Notes under the pieces: model-generated | What the model was told of the DNA's origin: nothing | Databases searched by the model: none | What the model saw: the letters and a program-made list of their open reading frames with translations, nothing else | Assembly: GCA_963737905.1 (NCBI GenBank) | Contig: CAVTUQ010000010.1 | Span: 1-64,000, forward strand | Origin: an uncultured delta proteobacterium | Lineage (GTDB): Bacteria; Desulfobacterota; Binatia; UBA9968 | Reading direction: 5' to 3' | Length of the DNA: 64,000 bases | Shown: positions 61,367 to 64,000 of the stretch, one piece after another | Layout: every line of letters starts with the position of its first letter | Position numbering within the stretch: position 1 is the first letter of the stretch | Made by a program: the position numbers and the translations under genes

Positions 61367-62209
61367 ATGAGAATCATCGATCTGCATTGCTATCCCAACA
61401 CGGAGCCCTGGATCAAGTCTCAGGGACCCTATGTAGAAGCGCTTGCCAAGTATTGGAACCGTGCCTGGACTGCCAAGACTGAAGACGCGGTTATTGAGGA
61501 GTTCAAACAAGCGAAGGTGGAAGCCGTGCTGGTAGCTTTCGATATCGAGTCTGTTACCGGATCACCACCGTGTACCAATGACTACGTCGCCAGGATGCGC
61601 GCCGATCATCCCGGTGTAATTCGCCAAGCATGGGGCGCCGTGGACCCGCTGAAAGGCGAGGCCGCCATCGAAGAAGCGAGAAAGGCGATCAAAGAGTTCG
61701 ACCTGTTGGGTTTTCACTTTCATCCCATCATGGGCCATTTTTCCGTTGATGAGCGGCGGTTTTATCCCTTGTGGGAGGCGATTAACGAATTGGCCGTTCC
61801 CGTGATGATCGATGTCGGGACCACCGGGATGGGCGCGGGTATGCCTGGCGGCTTGGGCGCCGTCCTAAGAAACGCGCATCCGGCTGCAATCGATCGCCTG
61901 GCCGCTGATTTCCCAAATCTCAAAATCGTCGCGGCGCATCCCGGATGGCCGTGGACGGACGAGATGATCGCCGTAGCGCTGCACAAGGGCAATGTGTCAT
62001 GGGAGCTATCGGGCTGGGCGCCCCAGTATTTCCCCGATGCTTTGAAACGGGACATCAAGGGACGGCTCAAGGACAAGATCATGTTCGGCAGCGACTATCC
62101 GAGCATCCCTTATGAGCGCCTTTTCAAGGAGTGGAATGAACTAGGTTATCCGGATGGGCTGTTGGAGAAAATTTTTCACGGCAACGCGGAGCGAATTCTA
62201 GGATTGTAA
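61367..62209 (+). CDS. Amidohydrolase_2 family protein (CouO-like)
   Basis: IDLHCY, GFHFHP, GTTGMGAGMPGG, AHPGWPW, ELSGWAPQYF, MFGSDYP. Confidence 0.88.
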   Translation: MRIIDLHCYPNTEPWIKSQGPYVEALAKYWNRAWTAKTEDAVIEEFKQAKVEAVLVAFDIESVTGSPPCTNDYVARMRADHPGVIRQAWGAVDPLKGEAAIEEARKAIKEFDLLGFHFHPIMGHFSVDERRFYPLWEAINELAVPVMIDVGTTGMGAGMPGGLGAVLRNAHPAAIDRLAADFPNLKIVAAHPGWPWTDEMIAVALHKGNVSWELSGWAPQYFPDALKRDIKGRLKDKIMFGSDYPSIPYERLFKEWNELGYPDGLLEKIFHGNAERILGL

Positions 62210-62348
62210 GAAAGTTAACCGCAAAGAACGCAAGGAAGACAAAGGTTGACTATGTGAACTTTGCGTTCTCTGCGGTTGATCGAATTTTTTAACCACTGCC
62301 TCTCAGCTTTCAGTTGATCTTTGAATCGGTGTCAGTTAAGCGAGTTAG

Positions 62349-63095
62349 ATGCTTTTCTCTTCGCGGTTTCGCCAGGGGGCGAAGGCGGCCATCCCCATCT
62401 GGATGGCTTTCGTCCCGTCGTCGATCGCTTGGGGCATCGCCGCGCAAGCGCATGGGCTGAAACTCGACGAAGTCATTCTCATGTCCGCCTGGGTTTACTC
62501 CGGACCAGCGCAGTTCGCGGTTCTCGCTCCGTTGGCGGAAGGGAAATCTTCACTTCAGGTTCTTGTCGCAGGGTTCCTTATGAACCTGCGCTTCTTGCCG
62601 ATGAGCACGGCGCTGGCGCCCTATTTCAACGACGTGAAGCGGCTTCCGTTGCTGTTTGCGTCCCATGTGATCAGCGCCAGCAGTTTCATCGTGCCCTATT
62701 TACAATTTCAGAAAGAGCGACAGGGTGTCCCGGACGACTCCGGCGCGTCGCAACGAATCGACGGCTATAGGAATTTAGCTTTTTTCCTCGGCGTCGGGGC
62801 GACCAGTTTTCTCATCTGGGTCATCGGCACCGGAGTCGGTTACGGTGTCGCGCTCGGCTTTCCACCCGGATTCGAAGAAGCACTGAAGTTCATTTTACCC
62901 GGATATTTTGCCGGTCTATTGGTGGTCGAAATGAAGGGCTGGGCGATGCCGCTCGTATGCGCCGCGAGTCTACTCGCCGCGATTCCAGGAGTGATCATCA
63001 GCTTCGGGTGGGGATGGCTTGTGACCGCGATTTCGGTTGCGATTTTGGTTTGGGCACTAGAGCAGTGGAAAATACGCGCATCGTCATCATTTTAA
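62349..63095 (+). CDS. AzlC family branched-chain amino acid exporter, large subunit
   Basis: FRQGAKAAIP, MSAWVYSGPAQF, MNLRF, WVIGTGVG. Confidence 0.85.
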   Translation: MLFSSRFRQGAKAAIPIWMAFVPSSIAWGIAAQAHGLKLDEVILMSAWVYSGPAQFAVLAPLAEGKSSLQVLVAGFLMNLRFLPMSTALAPYFNDVKRLPLLFASHVISASSFIVPYLQFQKERQGVPDDSGASQRIDGYRNLAFFLGVGATSFLIWVIGTGVGYGVALGFPPGFEEALKFILPGYFAGLLVVEMKGWAMPLVCAASLLAAIPGVIISFGWGWLVTAISVAILVWALEQWKIRASSSF

Positions 63096-63385
63096 TTATG
63101 GGTCTGATGGCGTTCGCCGTCCGCGCCGGGCCGCAAGTTGTTTTCGTGAGGCGAAAGTTTCCTGAACGTTGGGATCGGTTGCTCCGTTATCTCTCGTATG
63201 CCCTTATTTGCAGCATTATCTCCATTACGCTTTTCCTGACCGACGCAAAGTTTGATAGTCAAGCTGCGCCGTACCGGAGCGCGGCTTTGGCCGTCACGAT
63301 TATTATCGCGCATAAGACTAAGAGCGCTGTAACCGGGATGATAGTCGGAACGGTTCTCGTGCTGATGCTTTCCTGGATGCGTTAG
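63065..63385 (+). CDS. AzlD family small subunit
   Basis: IILIMGLMAFAVRAGP...RLLRYL; overlaps the AzlC gene. Confidence 0.75.
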   Translation: MENTRIVIILIMGLMAFAVRAGPQVVFVRRKFPERWDRLLRYLSYALICSIISITLFLTDAKFDSQAAPYRSAALAVTIIIAHKTKSAVTGMIVGTVLVLMLSWMR

Positions 63386-64000
63386 CCGGGGGTTGTTCGG
63401 CTGCGCTCCCGGACAGTGCTGATCAGACCACCGTAGAGGAGGAGGGGAAGCGCGGAGACCAAGATCATCGCAAGCACGATGTTACCGGTTGCGATGATGA
63501 GCTGCGCGGCAATCAACGGCGCCACTACGCCCGAGGTGTAATGGAGCGACATGATGATGCCGCTGGCGGTGCCTGCGCTTCCTGCGGGTGCCGCTTCCTG
63601 AGCAAGCGCTACCACCAAAGCCGGCACCGATGCTTTGAGGGTGCCGAAAACGAGAATGCCCACTGCAAGACTCGCCGCCGATTCCAACCAATAGAACACT
63701 ACAAACGCCGCCAGCGCCGCCGGGAAGGCGCTCAGTGCGATCACCGTTTTGCGGCCGAATTTGTCGGACAACGAGCCGAGTGAAAAAGAGCCAAGCATGT
63801 TTGCCAAGCTTAAGACGCCCATCACCCAGCCGGTTTCTTGCAGGGTGAGCGCCTTGGCGGTGCGCAACAATGTCGGTGTCCAGGCCGCGGAGCTCCAGAA
63901 CACCGAACCGCCGATAAACTCAGCCAGCGCAAGAATCAGAATGGGAGCGCTAAGCGTGTCTTTGAAGGAACCGCTGCGGCTCGCGGTCCGTATCGAATGA
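63382..64000 (-). CDS. MFS transporter, C-terminal part (runs off the window end)
   Basis: GSLSDKFGRK motif A, AGTASGI, multiple TM helices. Confidence 0.85.
   Translation of the reverse strand, partial: HSIRTASRSGSFKDTLSAPILILALAEFIGGSVFWSSAAWTPTLLRTAKALTLQETGWVMGVLSLANMLGSFSLGSLSDKFGRKTVIALSAFPAALAAFVVFYWLESAASLAVGILVFGTLKASVPALVVALAQEAAPAGSAGTASGIIMSLHYTSGVVAPLIAAQLIIATGNIVLAMILVSALPLLLYGGLISTVRERSRTTPG

Overview
GC-rich bacterial chromosomal window. The gene content and intergenic repeats suggest a Ca. Binatia/Deltaproteobacteria-like soil organism (inference only). It is dominated by about 15 solute-binding proteins, five amidohydrolases, four intact Rieske oxygenase alpha subunits plus a deleted fifth, a LigAB-type extradiol dioxygenase, cupin dioxygenases, a UbiD decarboxylase, a TPP enzyme, an aryl-AMP ligase and a five-GAF histidine kinase. 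Together these point to aromatic and organic acid scavenging. The main finding is a complete IS110-family element (16953-18473) inserted at a CT core inside a palindromic repeat. Its left end encodes a bridge RNA that can be read directly from the sequence: two symmetric 12x12 internal loops whose guides match the target site and the element's own circle junction. Circularisation would create a TTGACA-N17-TATATT promoter. Several families of small palindromic/MITE-like repeats fill the intergenic spaces and in two cases contribute protein sequence. A lower-GC two-gene islet, two uncharacterised exported proteins and a cluster of frameshifts (44.3-56.0 kb, possibly sequencing errors) are also present.
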